A DNA stretch of 64,000 nt from Phoronis australis. Its lineage: Eukaryota > Animalia > Phoronida. The stretch is from positions 13,315 to 77,314 of the forward strand of contig NMRA01000989.1 of NCBI GenBank assembly GCA_002633005.1, in the 5' to 3' direction. The translations under genes were made by a program, and so were the position numbers. The notes below the pieces were generated by a model. That model saw only the letters and a program-made list of their open reading frames with translations, was not told where the DNA came from and did no database searches. Positions within the stretch are counted from its first letter, which is position 1. Each line of letters opens with the position of its first letter. This document shows, in pieces, positions 1 through 14,400 of the stretch.

Positions 1-2306
1 TAAGTCAAATGAAATTTTAGACGGCAACAATATTGTATTTACTATTTATTATTTTTATTATTTTGATATTAAAAATGAGGGTGGCCTCTTCAGTGATAGC
101 ACTGCTTTCCAAGAGGGCCCTCAACAAGAAAAACAGTAATATAATACAATAAAGTAATAAAACAACAATGAAATATACGTGAAAAAAATACAATTAAAAC
201 AGGTTGAGAATTAAGACAAAATGTATGCTAAGCCTGAAGGATTGAAGACTGAAAAAAATCCAAATGTCAGTTCACGTGAGAAACCAGAAAAAACGTGATC
301 TCAACAAAGTAAAAACCAAGAGCGCTCGGAAGAGCGACACTTGGCGAAATAAACCTAAAAGACAACTATGGGGAGGACGACGACGACGACGACGATCATG
401 ATGATGAAGGCGGTGATTATGAATAACATGATAACATTTACATGACTAGCGAAGATGTCAGAAATCAGTAAGAAATAGGCTACTGCCTTGTTCAACAGAC
501 GCTGAACCATCAGTGCAGCAAGACCGGTCAACAAAGGAACAGCGCCATCAGAAAATATTGAATAATTACAAAAGTAGACGTCCTAGTGAAAAATGGAAAA
601 TATTTTCTGAAAGCCCGTTCAAAACTCTATCTCCTAACATAGTTTTAAAAAATTCATAAAATTTTTCTAAAAATTTTGCAATTGTTTGAAATTTAAACCT
701 CAAATAACTCAGAAACGGCAAGTCTGAGAAAAACCTTATTACAGAACTTTTGAAAGAGCCTACTTCAAGGAATCCACATGCAAAAATTCACGTCATTTGC
801 TCTTCCCGTTCAACATGCCACTGCAAAACAATCAAAAAATGGGTGAAAATACGCCAGAGCCGCGATCTTGAAAGTGACTTCCGGTTAGACAAAATTTTAT
901 AATAGCCAGTCAAAAGAAACAAGCAAGTGACAAGTTTGAAAATGATTGGTTCGCCAATGCGCTCTCCACAGAAGAAAACGTTTTCGGCCAGATATCGAGG
1001 TGCGCACGCGCCATTGCCAATATTTCCGCCATCTTTGACCGGAAGTTAACATTTTACATCGCAATTGTAGTGATTGTGTGCTATAATAATCGTACCAATT
1101 TTCAGCCCTGTACGTCGAAAAATGCGGCCTCTATGAGCATTTGAATCTGAAACCGGAAACAAAATAGCTACCACGTCCGCCATTTTGAATCCGATCATGA
1201 CCAAAAACAATAGGGTTCCAGGACTTCCCAATCTACACATCGTGTGCGAATTTCGTGTGAGTCAGACAAAAAAAAAACTTGACGTCAGAGCAAAATATCA
1301 AACATTGTGGAATTCTTCTTTTTAGAATCCAGACAAGTCAAACAAGAGAAGTCCTATGTAAAAAACATTTGCACCTTGATAGAAAGTTACACTGCAGTCA
1401 ACTGCCCTGGCACTGGCCACCACAAATAAGCTGAGCTTTATCACCTCCAAAAAAATGGAAAACGTAGACAAGCAAAATGCATCACCAGGTGATTTCAAAT
1501 CACTAATCGAAAAAGGGGCCCTTTCACTTTTTCAACGAGCTCAATCAAAGCTTTTTCACCACAAAGAACTACCCACGTTCACAACACTGACGACAGCAGT
1601 GCCAGTAGCTTAAGATAACGTCAGCGGTGACTTGTACTCGTAGTGGTAGTAGAGCAGTCGTGGTCTCACGGTAAGAACAACGGCAACGCAAAATCAAATC
1701 CAGGATTTAGATTTTACAAATTCACCGTGATAATTTTAAGTGAAAATACTTACATTATATATATCTCCATAAAGGGACACGTCGTACATCCACATGGAAC
1801 TGGAATAAAGTACAAACAGCAGCAATGCCAAAATCCGATATTATGAAATTAAATTTAGAAACAGTTCGAAAACAAGCGAACGGGAAACACCGGAAGTTTG
1901 TGGAGCAGGCGATGACAAAAGCATCAATCATAGAGGAATAGAAAAATAAAGCTTTTAAAATTACAAGGATTATCCACATTAAAATAGTTTTTAATAAATA
2001 ATATAACATTCTTATAATTTATTTATATTGTCTTATATTGCTTTCGTTGTTTATGCACTTAAAATCAATGAGGAATTATTCCAAGTTTTAATATGCATTA
2101 TAAATTGCTCGAGCTTCACCAAATTACTACGATAACTAAATAATCCACAATTAAAAGCGAAGTAATATTCTCTGTTGACAATAAAAATATCTAATAAGAT
2201 TTAAGTTATTTCATTATAACTTTAATTATTGGAAAATTTGTTTGTAATTTCTTAATAAACACATTCTTCTAATTTTAAGCCGGTTTTTAAACATATTTTA
2301 GCGGCG

Positions 2307-2333
2307 TGACGTGGCTGTAGACACCGCCATATT
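2307..2333 (+). promoter_or_regulatory. ARCN1 proximal promoter motifs: TGACGTGG (UPRE/CREB3-XBP1-type) and CCGCCATATT (YY1-like)
   Basis: TGACGTGG at 2307-2314 and CCGCCAT at 2324-2330, about 100 bp upstream of the ATG, in a GC-richer patch after AT-rich DNA. Confidence 0.5.
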
Positions 2334-2412
2334 GGTGTATGAGTTGGAAGTTGAGTTGGCAGAGTGCTAAGTCTTAGCTTTGGTGAAGTTTTTGAAGGCT
2401 GTAGCATAAAAG

Positions 2413-5400
2413 ATGGTACGTATTACTTGGACATTTTATATAGCATAGCCTTTGTGACCAAGCTGTCGAAAACGAATGATCTTCCAAGAGTTCTCTTTGC
2501 TTTGTATCTTATATTATTTAATGTGAAACCAATCTCGGTCGAACTGGGACCTGTTTCACTAAAATTTCATATTGTTTTTTTCGCGGAGACCATACTGAGA
2601 CCATTTGTGTACTATGATGTAAGTCTGTTTCCGTTCAGACTCTGTATATAAACTAGATGAAGTTGTGACATATTAATCTCAATCAGCATGATCAGGAACT
2701 GGGTGAATAGATCTTATCCAGTCAGCTAGCTCACTAACGTCAAAATTCTGCACTATGTAGGAAATGCTGAAAATACCCGACCCGGAAATCGAACTGGCGA
2801 CACCAGTAAACCCCGCAAATGTGCTTACCGTTGAGCTAATAGGCAATTGTTCATTTGTGAGCTGGCTATTGTATCGCCCTGAATACCGCAGGCATACGTG
2901 GGCGATTACATCCCCATAAAAAGTTACTCGTTTCAAAATTTAGCAATTAAACTTGAATGAAACACTCATAGCCATATATGCACATGGAGTTATAATTGAT
3001 GCGTACTGACTCATTAACTTTGACTCTGGATAAAATTTAGTCAATATAAACTAACATTTCCATGAAAATCTGTCCCGGTTCACTAGAGTTTCTCTCACCG
3101 GGTGTCATTTTGAGGAAGTTACGTGAAATCATGCCCGTTGACGGAAAAAAATCCAAGGGACACAAATGTTACAAATTTCATCTGATATCTTGCCATGCTA
3201 TTTTGCAAGAGTCACGTGCCAGTACACGCGCTTCGCTCAGTCTTGTGCTAGCCACGTGATTCAGTTGAAATACTTTGTGGTTATCACATGTGCAGTGAAA
3301 AAGTTAACAATGACCAAAAAAGTGGAGTTGGAATTCTTCGCCAAAGTCACCTAAATTCTCATAGCTATGCTTCATCAAAGATATGTGTAGCAGCAGAAAG
3401 GATCTCTGAAGAAAGTAAGTGCTTTTTAAGTGATTTTTTTTTGAAGAGCTGAAAACTCTTAATCAGTGAGCGGATTTCTCCTCAGCCCGTTTAAAATACA
3501 CGGGACGAAAGTAGTACAGAAAGCAATGGGAAGTATTGTAGCCCCTAACCAGCCAATCAAGGGCTAAATGTTGCGTAGCTTGCGCAAGTGGCTAATAGAG
3601 GCTCGTGATTCACCAGAAGCTCGTCTAGACAACAATAGTGCTAAGAATCACTTAACTCTTAGACTGTACCAACTGGCCTTCCTAGAACCCTCCGTACAAC
3701 GGAAGCTTTTCGACGAATTGTGTCTCACAATGATTATACCATCAAAGTCATGTTGCTACAAGTACATTTTGCACATAGAGGAACACCTCACAAAGCGGTT
3801 GATTTCTTTAACTTTTCCCATCAGGAACAACTACTCCCGCAATAAAACATTTTTCAAAACGTCCTTCGTCCAGTTGCTCAAATCAGAAACTATCCATTTT
3901 TTACATTGCTCACGTTATTGTGGATATAACATCATTGTTATTCAACAAGGTGAAACTGGCATCATTTATAATATCACTTGGTTTATTCTCACCAACCTAT
4001 TTGCGTTGGCACGATGTTTCAGTCGGTTATTTCTGTGGCCATCTTCATGTGTTACAGTGTTCTTAAAGAACAAGCATGGGCACTTGGAGTACATTTTTTC
4101 CACAAGAACATTGCAACATAGCATTCGACGCTTAGCTCAACGCCAAGTCACATTTGGCGACCTGGCAAAAATCAAAGGTTGCCAAACGAAATCTGAGGTC
4201 GGTAAAACTGAAAATCCCTGGTGGCCAAATAAAATCGAAAGTTGCTGGTTCAGCGTAAAAATAGATGAATAAAAAGAGGGGCGTATGATCGTATTGTGCC
4301 CAATTCTCAGTATCTTAGCGTACCTCTCCGCTTCTCCAGTTTCTTCCTGTAAATATACATTCAACAGACTAACATTAGAGTGCAGACAGTCACAGTTTAC
4401 TGGTAGCATGTATTTCACCGATCTTGCCCAATTTTGCCAAACAATTCCGACTTCCATCTGTTTACTTTCTGTTGTATTGTAAGTGCGTGGTTGATGCGTG
4501 CTGATTGCGGTGATGACAAATGCACTGATTTCACAAAATAAACGGAACAATTGTGAATCAAACATAATGAATCTTGAAAAACTGTTACTAATTTAAAGAG
4601 CGTTGAAGCAAATGCAGAGGGAATTTTTGTCTGACTTTGAAACTCACAGTGGCGACTTCATGGCAGCTTAAGATTTTTCCCAGGTTGCCAAACACAATCT
4701 GATGTTGCGACCTGCAGGGTGAGCGCTGCAACACTTAAAGATGGGCAGAGAAGTGGCCAACTGAAAGGTCATGCCAATTTAAATAGGGTTGAAGTTAGTG
4801 TAAATAAACAAAGAGATTTTTCAAATTATGTTACTATATCAAAGTGGTTTTGGGAAGTCACTAAGTGAAACTGGTTCTCATAATTGTTTATCACTAAGAA
4901 GTACTATTGCCTAAACTTCTATTGGAAACCACCTGTTGAAAGTAACTGTTAATTTCTTGTCTGAAGTTTGCCTGAGGAACATTTTTCATAGCTGACTGCC
5001 ATTGATTTTGTTTTGCTGTTATACTTGATGTCATGTCTTGTGTTCACTGTCTATGGTGTTTTTATTATCCTTTGATAATTCTGTTGAGATTTACCTCAGT
5101 TTGTGGTGATGCAGGGTATGAGAAGTAATTGGTTAAGGGCAGCCTGTGGGCTAATGGTTGAATGTGAGCAAGATCAAAACATTGTAAGTCAGCAAGTGCT
5201 GTTTTCAATGTATGAAAAAATTGGAAAGCTCATTTGTTGGCATTTTTCAGGTGCTGTTGGCCGCAGCAGTATGTAACAAATCTGGCAAGGGTATGTATTT
5301 TATTGAAGTTTGGGCAACAGTCACTTACAGGGGTGCCGCATTTTGAGAACCAGCTTGATGCCTGTAGAAAACAGGAAGTCAAAATGTGGGACTTCTGTAA

Positions 5401-8400
5401 GTGACTATTACTGTTATCTGTTTAAGCAAGTATTGTGCTGGCAATGTTAGTGTTTAAGGGCAAGTATTGTGCTGGCAATGTTAGTGTTTAATGCTTTTGG
5501 ATTTGGACTAGTTTAGTTTGTCTTTAGTTTTGTAGTAAAGCCAATAGACTGTCGTTTGCCCCTGCACTGTTTAGAACCTAATGAAAAAATGTTTAAAATC
5601 AGAATGTGAGCCCCTTGTATCTATTGGCAACTGGTGGGGGCAGAAAATTTTTTGGCAAAAGTATGTAATGTATAAGTGGATTCATTGTAACATTTTTGAA
5701 AAACAATTTTGAATTGGATCCTTTTCCCGTAATTGATACTTGAAAAACTGATTTGGGGAATCATTATTCAAGCGCCGATCCGTGTACCCGTATCTCAATA
5801 CATTCATTAACATTCCATCATTGTAGCCATCATCTCGCGACAGTTCGTGGAGATGACGCGGCCGCGCATTGAGGGTCTCCTGGCTGCCTTCCCCAAGCTG
5901 ATGGGGAGTGGATCTGGGGCAGGAGGGCGCCAACACACGTTTGTGGAGACAGAGAGTGTGCGGTATGTCTACCAGCCACTAGAACGTCTCTATGTCCTGC
6001 TCATCACTACTAAGGCCAGCAACATCCTTGAGGATCTCGAGACCCTCCGCCTGTTCGCCCGTGTGGTAGGTGCTCAGTTGACATTGTTTCATGGCTCATG
6101 CGGATTATGGAAAACATCAGGGCTTGGAATTTTCCGCGGAAACGCAGATTTCCGCTTTTTTCAAATGTTCTGTCCGCGTATTTTATTATATTTCCGTGTA
6201 AAAAAAATCGGATTTGATATAAAATTTTCGTGGCAAATTCCTTTCTTACCGCGGCGTTGCAGACGACGTTCACCTCGAAAAGCGGAAGTTGCTCTTTATG
6301 TTTCGGAGGAACGTAAATTGTCAACATTGCCGGGGCATCTGGGATAGCGGGGTGGGATTTTTCAATGGCGTCTCGTGTTACTGTATACCGCGGCGACAAA
6401 TACTACGGCTCTGCAGCCAAAATGTGTGGGTTGGGAGTGGACGGACGAGCTAAAAGGACGCAGACGCATGCTACTGATGGTGGTAACGTTTTTTTTTTTT
6501 TTTTTTAGTCCTCCCGATAAAAAGTCGGGGAAAGGTTCACATGGACCATTTCAAGGCCGGGTAGCGCACATGATTTGGGCCGTAAAAGTTTCCGCGTTTT
6601 TTGTCATTGGTCATTCCAAGCCCTGAAACATGGAAAATAATAGAAATAGCTCTCGTTCACGAGAAACTCATGGCGAACAAGAGTAAAACCCGTGTATCGA
6701 AAATTTCAAGATTGATAGATGATAAACAAATGACACATTGTTAGGTGTAGTTGCCTGTAGTTAAGCTTGGCAGCATTCCTCATTGGCCAGGGTCCAATCT
6801 TTGTACTAGAAATTAGTTTTGGCATTTTCCAATCTATTTTTGTGAGAACTCATGATAAATGTCTTATTCTGTACTTGAGTGTAATATGTTACATGCATAC
6901 AAGTTTCTAGTCCAAGATCGCCCTGTTTGATTTCCCCTTGATTCGAATTACTAAGTCTAGTACTGAATTTCTTTTCTGAAAAGTCAGTCGTCTGTCGTCA
7001 CAAGCAGACCGCTCATTTGGTCGCTAAGTGCTGCTAAAAGATAATAAAAGTGCAATTCATTCGCAGATCCCTGAGTACTGTCGCCAGATGGAAGAGTCGG
7101 ATATCCTCGACCAAGCATTCCCGCTCATATTCGCCTTCGATGAGGTCGTTGCCCTTGGCTACAGAGAGAGTGTCAACCTTGCCCAGATCCGCACATTCAC
7201 AGAAATGGACTCGCACGAGGAGAAGGTTTTCCAAGCAGTCAGACAGGTAATGAATGAAGCCAGTAGATGGCCAGTGAATATTTATCAGAACTGACCCAAG
7301 ATGTTTAAAGTGGAAATTGCAAGCTAATTACTTATGTGTGTGACTGCTTGGCCAAGTTAGTTAGAAACATGACTGCTTGGCCAAGTTAGGTAGAAACATG
7401 ACTGCTTGGCCAAGTTAGTTAGAAACATGACTGCTTGGCCAAGTTAGTTAGAAACATGACTGCTTGGCCAAGTTAGTTAGAAACATGACTGCTTGGCCAA
7501 GTTAGTTAGAAACATGACTGCTTGGCCAAGTTAGTTAGAAACATGACTGCTTGGCCAAGTTAGTTAGAAACATGACTGCTTGGCCAAGTTAGTTAGAAAC
7601 ATGACTGCTTGGCCAAGTTAGTTAGAAACATGACTGCTTGGCCAAGTTAGTTAGAAACATGACTGCTTGGCCAAGTTAGTTAGAAACATGACTGCTTGGC
7701 CAAGTTAGTTAGAAACATGACTGCTTGGCCAAGTTAGTTAGAAACATGACTGCTTGGCCAAGTTAGTTAGAAACATGACTGCTTGGCCAAGTTAGTTAGA
7801 AACATGACTGCTTGGCCAAGTTAGTTAGAAACATGACTGCTTGGCCAAGTTAGTTAGAAACATGACTGCTTGGCCAAGTTAGTTAGAAACATGACTGCTT
7901 GGCCAAGTTAGTTAGAAACATGACATATAGCGATGATGTGTAGCTTGAAAATTGCCAAATGTTTTTGGCGAAAATGAACCATCGCAAATACATCTTTAAG
8001 AAACATTACAACATCGTTTCGCAGTTGTAAAACACAGTTTGAATGGGATGAGTTGTATTAGGTTTGACCAAAGTTATAGAACAACAGAATGCAGTTGTAT
8101 TTTTGTGATTTCATTTCAAATTGACAAATTTTCTTGTTGTCTGCAACACATTCGCTAAAATCGAGGCCGGGGTCCACTTAAATACACTTGAAATACTCTA
8201 CTATTTAACACATAGGATTTGATTCAGTAGCAGAATGTTCAGCTGCTACTACAGTGTCAGTCGAATCGATTCTGTGCTTCTGCTAATTTTTGAAAAATTA
8301 TTCCTTTGCAGAGAATGCCGTATAAAAATGTTAAAATGGTGACTGGTGGAGTGGTCCTCACTATTATAGAAATGTATTTGTAATGTGCAAGGAAAGACAT

Positions 8401-11400
8401 CTGTCTACATAAAGTATTTACAGACTTTAGGAACTGTTCCATAATGAAAGAAGTGTCTTTCTAGGGTCGTAAAAAAAAAACAGTGCAGGTGGTATGATGT
8501 CATTTGCGGTGCATCAGACATGCTCAGGCCTAATGGTTGGGCCCATTGCACAAAACACCTGAACAAAAGCACGAGAGCCCAATTATGGCTCCTCGTGAAG
8601 AAAGTTTTGAAGTCTGCCAGTCTTCTTTAGGAAAACGGACAGTCGTTTCCATTTGTTGCCATGCACTATATGTTGTAGGCATGTAACAGTGCCATCCAGT
8701 AGGTTGCTCCTTAGCCTATAAAAAGCTGGACAAGACTACCAGGCTCGTTTTAGTTACATCCCACTTTAGCAATGGTTTACGTTTTATTCTCTAGAAACTT
8801 TCATTTTGTAAATGGTGACTTAGGGATGTGTCACACAAGTTTTTGCTGCTTGTGTAAAATATAATTGTGCACAAAGCTCTGAGGCTAAAATTTTCCTTAA
8901 CATGGAAAATGCCTGTACCACAAATAAGACAAATGCTAAATCTCATTATCTGAGATTGTCTTGTTGAATATCTCTTGCTACTTTGATTTCACCCTTCTCT
9001 GCCTTGTGAGTGGTGTGTGAAGTGTACTGGTAGCTACAGTAATGTGTGCATGTTAATAAAGCCTTGCTGTCCACCCTTATGAAAGTAGCGTTCAAGAATT
9101 TGCACACGAGAAGGCAGTATGGCCTGGTGTGATGGTGCCTGCCTTCTTTACTCGAGGTCGTGGGTTCGAGTCCCACTGGGCCACACTGCTAGACCCATGA
9201 GTCAGGTCTCTAGCTCCTCAGCTTGGTTTTAACTATATATTAATAAAGCACAAAAAGTATTTCCAGGTGGTCAGTGCAATGGGCCTACATACGCGGCCTG
9301 CCCACGTCTGGTACAACATGTACCGATCAAATGTTTTTATTCACCCCTTATGTCACAGTTAGTATTTGTTGCTATGCTGTCATCCTTCTAGGAACATCTA
9401 AACTGTTGACAGCCACAGTAAAACGGATTAGAGGTCTTTGTTTATCGACAGGATTGTCTGGCTGCCAGAAAATTGGGGCCTTCCTGTGAGATTATTTGAA
9501 ACATAGGTTTACATGATGCTTTTGCTGAAGGTTGATATCAGCTTTTTTTGCAAATGTTCGATCCCGAAAGCCCACTGAATTTCGAGAGGCTAGCCAATGA
9601 TGCGTGTCTATTTGACTACCATCATTTTTATTGGACATTCCCAGGTGTAGCAATGGTGGTCCATCACGATAGAAGTTATTCTCAAAAATTAAAATCAATG
9701 AAATTTTTCCCCTTACAGACACAAGAGCGGGAGGCTCGGGAAAACATGAAACGCAAAGCCAAAGAATTGCAACAGGCCAAGAAAGACGCAGCAAAGAGAG
9801 GCGTGTCGGCTCCCTCTTTTGGTGGCTTTGGCAGCAGCTCCATGTCTAGTCGCTCGTCATTAATGGACTCCCAGCTGATTGAGAGCACCATATCGGAACC
9901 ACAGAAACCTTCCTACACAGCACCCAGGTATGTTTGACAGTCAAGTTGTAATAAGCAGTGTTGGTAGTTACACCTCACAATATCTTGGATTTCTTTGTTA
10001 CTGGTCGTGCATATGCATCACTTGTTTATAGTGTTAGTCGAACAGCATTACAGCTAATGTTCCCAGGACCTTTATGAAGCGTTTGTTGTTGCTGAAGTTT
10101 GCTTCGACCTAGTTAAATTGCGCACAGTAGAGCCGGCTCGGAATTGGAATGTAAGCTAGTGAAGGTTTTAAACAGCTTCGTGTTTAATGAAATTTCAACA
10201 ATACCATATTAGAGGAGTGCAGGGAGGGTGTGGAGAAAAACGAAATATTTTAAAGACTCTTGAAAGTTGAGTGACCGCTCACAATGAGAAGTTCTGTCAA
10301 ACTGCACCCCCTCCCCACCTGCACCCCCCCCCCCACCAAGAACTGTAGAAAGTGACCCACTTTTGTGAGAGGGGCTATCAAAATTTCAAAAGTTGCATAA
10401 AATTAACACAACTTGATAATTTATAAAACTGTACCTGTGTATTTTTTCTTGAACATTTATTTAAAATGAAATTCAGTCATGGTACTGATGCTGTTGTGTT
10501 GCTATGAGCGAACCTTGTTTTGCTAAATTTTTACTAAAAGACATGGTCGGTGGCAGAATACTTTCATAAAATATAATTATACTTTTACTGAGTTATGTTT
10601 TGTAGTTGTGTAGATATTAAGCCTAGTGCACAGACTTGTGGATAAGGTCCTACATAACCTTTAAGAGAATGCTTGTAACTAGGATATGTGTGTAAAAAAT
10701 GGTATGGTGTAAACCACATCACAAGCTGCTGAGACTTGTTGTTGTAATGATCAACATGTGCTTTGTTTCAGCCGGCCCGTTGGATCAGGCCGAGCGATGA
10801 AGTTGGGCGGGAAGAGTAAGAACGTTGACACATTTGTGGACCAACTGAAGTCAGAGGGTGAATGTAAGTCGAACATGCTGTGCAATTGTATAACTGCGTG
10901 ATTGGCCTAAAGTTTGGTTTGGCGGTGTAAGGTATTGTTGGTATGCTTGTTGTACGCACTCGGGGAAAGGCTGGTAATAGTGAAAAGATAACAGATGCGG
11001 TGTTTGACATGTCTTCACTATGCAAACCACAAGCGGGCAGTGAAAACTGGCCGTCATTTTAATGTGGAATATAAAGACACAGTGTGTGTATTGTGCTCTC
11101 AGAATTGTATCTAGGATGAATCTCAATCTTTGTTAGTTTGCGACGCTTTCTCTGAAAACTGAGCCAAGAGCATACAGACAAACCTTTCTGTTTCAATTTT
11201 ATAAATTTGTTTGTCAATCTGACATCTCAGTTGTGAAATATGTATATTATGGCTTCAAAAAGAGTAATACTTTGTGCGTTCTGACAAATCTTGTTACAGT
11301 AATATAAACAAAAAGAACCACTTTTCAGTTATCCTGATCTAAATTAATATCTATTTACATATTTACAAACATGATAACAAGTTACGCGAAACTTGGGACG

Positions 11401-14400
11401 AAGACAGGGTCGAACGTCAGCACCAACAGTCCAAAACTTGAAGGCGTCCTCACGTGTTCCGCAGTCTCCACCAGTCCACCAAAATAACACAGTCAAGTTC
11501 CTTACACAAGACGCTGCTGTCCGCACCATAGCAAAGGTTCACCACATAAACAAATAACGCTCAGTATTTAGAAAGTATGAAGAAAACATTAAGTCCAGCC
11601 TCAGTGTTCAGATAAATCATGACACATGTCTGCTCACCATCGGCAACCAACTAGAACTCTCCGATAAAACTCAAAACTGCCCCCTAGCTGGAATAGCTGG
11701 AATACCTAACATACCTAACAATGTGCATACCACGTGTCTATATGTTGTACTCGGGCCAATAGTTGTCTGTACAAAAAATCACTTCATTAAATTAATAAGA
11801 TGGCTCCTGTCTCCATAGCTGTGGCTAGTATGGACAAGTCATCCAAGTCTAAGCCAAGTGCTGTCGCCAAGGCGACAACACCAGCAGCCCACCAGGAGGC
11901 AGTTCACCTGCGGCTGGAGGAGAAGATCAACTTGACAGCTGGTCGAGATGGCGGTCTTCAAAACCTGGAGATTCTGGGCATCATCACACTTGGTATCACT
12001 GATGATGAATACGGCAAGATCCGTGTCGCCGTGGCTAACAACGGCGACAAGGGAGTCCAACTGCAGGTGAGTATCAACATGGACTACAGACTACTGTGTT
12101 TGTGTAGTGTCATTGGGTAACTGCCACTTATTTACATGCGAGAATGCTTTCAATCTTGAGGCTATGTACTAGTGCCCTCGATCAACCATGACTGCCTTGT
12201 GATAGGGGTATTGTTTGGGGTTAGCAGACTGCCTTGTGATAGGGGTATTGTTTGGGGTTAGCAGACTGCCTTGTGATAGGGGTATTGTTTGGGGTTAGCA
12301 GACTGCCTTGTGATAGGGGTATTGTTTGGGGTTAGCAGACTGCCTTGTGATAGGGGTATTTTTTGGGGTTAGCACAAAATTTATTCCCCAAATCACCAAG
12401 CTGTTTGTACTCTTTCAAATTGTCACCTGTGATCTACAAGTGATTTGAACTTCTAGGGAAAATTTTCAATCACTTGAGGGGAATTTTTGGGCCTCATGAA
12501 GGGAATGTCACGTGTTCTTACGGTATTTTTCGGGGGTGATTGGGGCTGATGTAAGGCCACAAAATTGAGGATGGAGGGCACTGAGTATTACAGTCAAATT
12601 TCACTAATTTAGTGTAATGTGGTGGGCTAGTGAAATTTTAATTTCTCACGTGTTCCTTAAAGATCCGTAGCATCAAACTAATGCTTTACAATGTCTAAGT
12701 TGTGTACCATAGTTACAATAAAAAATACTCCAAAAAAGGGCATTCACAACTGTGTTTGAAGACCTTGAAAAACAAAAGCGGTGATTTTGGTAATTATGTA
12801 TGTCTCAAATGGGTTTTCTTGTGACATCTGATCCAGTGTGTTAGGCTCTAGGGAATGACTCAAAATGATTATCGGTGACTACGAATGCAAGCTGTTTCAT
12901 CTTGGTTCTGTAATGATGTGACATTTCACTGTTTTTGCTTGTGAGGATGGTGTTTTAATAAACAATGGAACATGTCAAGGCGATTTAAATCGTTCATTGT
13001 TTTTATCAACATTTCATAATAGTTATTATGTCCCAGGTGCTGACAAAATTCCTTTGGTTCCGATAAAACTTTGTGCTCTGAGTTGACCATAAATGTTCAA
13101 ACGACAGTGGTGCTGCTTAATGAAACCTGTCTTTCTTGCCTGTTTTTTCAGACACATCCGAATGTAGACAAAAAGTTATTTCAGTCATCGTCATTGATTG
13201 GCTTAAAACACCCGGGCAAGTCATTCCCGCTCAACAATGATATAGGGGTGCTGAAGTGGAGGTTCCATACGACAGACGAGAGTTACGTGCCGTTATCGAG
13301 TGAGTGGAACTTTGACTGACATCACGCAGTTGTGTGTGGAGACTTGATTGACATGTTATCATGGAGTCTTCCTGGAAAATGTGTTGCTACCAACCAATGA
13401 AAATGTTAAAAATAAGATTTACCTGTTTGAGAAGTTCGTCATGCATTTTCCATGGTGTGACGTAAATTTTGATTGTTGGTTCTGCTTTTCTTATTTGTAT
13501 TAAATAACAAGGGGGTAAGTCCATGGTCGTGCCTCTAAGTTCTAGCCACAGCCTTCTTAATTTTAGTCGCAGACCAGTAGTTATCAAACTTGTACTACAA
13601 ATCCCTGAACCCTTTAACTTAACACACGCGTCAGAATGCTCAATGTGCAATGACAAAATTCCATTCTCAGAGACCAGATTCCTCACCTGGACTTGAAATG
13701 TGGAGGCACACCCGTGGAATCAGTCTCCGCTCCTATGTAATGTAAATATGCTACTGTTGCTAAAATTGTCTACTGTTTCTAAGGAAATACTCAATGTGAA
13801 TAAAAGAATTGATAATTAATGGATAGGTAGTGACATAATATTAAAATAATAGAGTAATTACCTAATGAATTGTAATGTATTACCATTATGGTTATGAATA
13901 TGGATTATGTTTCTCTTGCAGTAAACTGTTGGCCGTCAGAGACAGGCAGTGGCTGTGACGTGAACATAGAGTATGAATTGGAAAGAGAAGACATGGAACT
14001 CAATGATGTAGTCATTACTATTCCACTGCCGTAAGTGCCAACATCTAGCTTTGTCTCGTACGGCTACTGGAAGGTTTGCTCAAGTCAGAGTCACGTGAGC
14101 TGGTTCTTTGCTCGACTTGGACGAAGTTCCAGGGTTGTACTTCGCATACGTCTAGTTTATTGTTATGCAGGACATAAAAAATTCCAACTTTCGCCAGTTT
14201 TGGAAAGTCATTTCTCAGAAAGCCATTTCTCAGAAAGTCATTTCTCAGAAAGCCATATGACACTTTCACATACTATGCTTTATTCACTGTTCTCTAAAGC
14301 ATTGTTAGGATTTGTTTTTAACATGTTGCACTTTTGAATGAGGAGTTATAAATATGGGTCTTTTATGGTTGTTACGAAAAACCCAGAGGTTGCATAAAAC

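Noticed and set aside
310-1330. CpG-richer region with cgccat motifs as a promoter or gene
   Set aside because: It looks like a non-coding interspersed repeat; I could not define its ends or family from this window.
3568-4272. 234-aa ORF in ARCN1 intron 1
   Set aside because: No recognisable motif. It is built from repeat fragments (3700-3790 resembles 48635-48730; 4136 onward is a MITE-like arm).
7341-7924. 29-bp repeats resembling a CRISPR array
   Set aside because: Head-to-tail with no unique spacers, in a eukaryotic intron, and no cas genes.
9114-9185. Functional tRNA gene
   Set aside because: Only the T-arm and promoter boxes are intact; the D, anticodon and acceptor stems do not pair.
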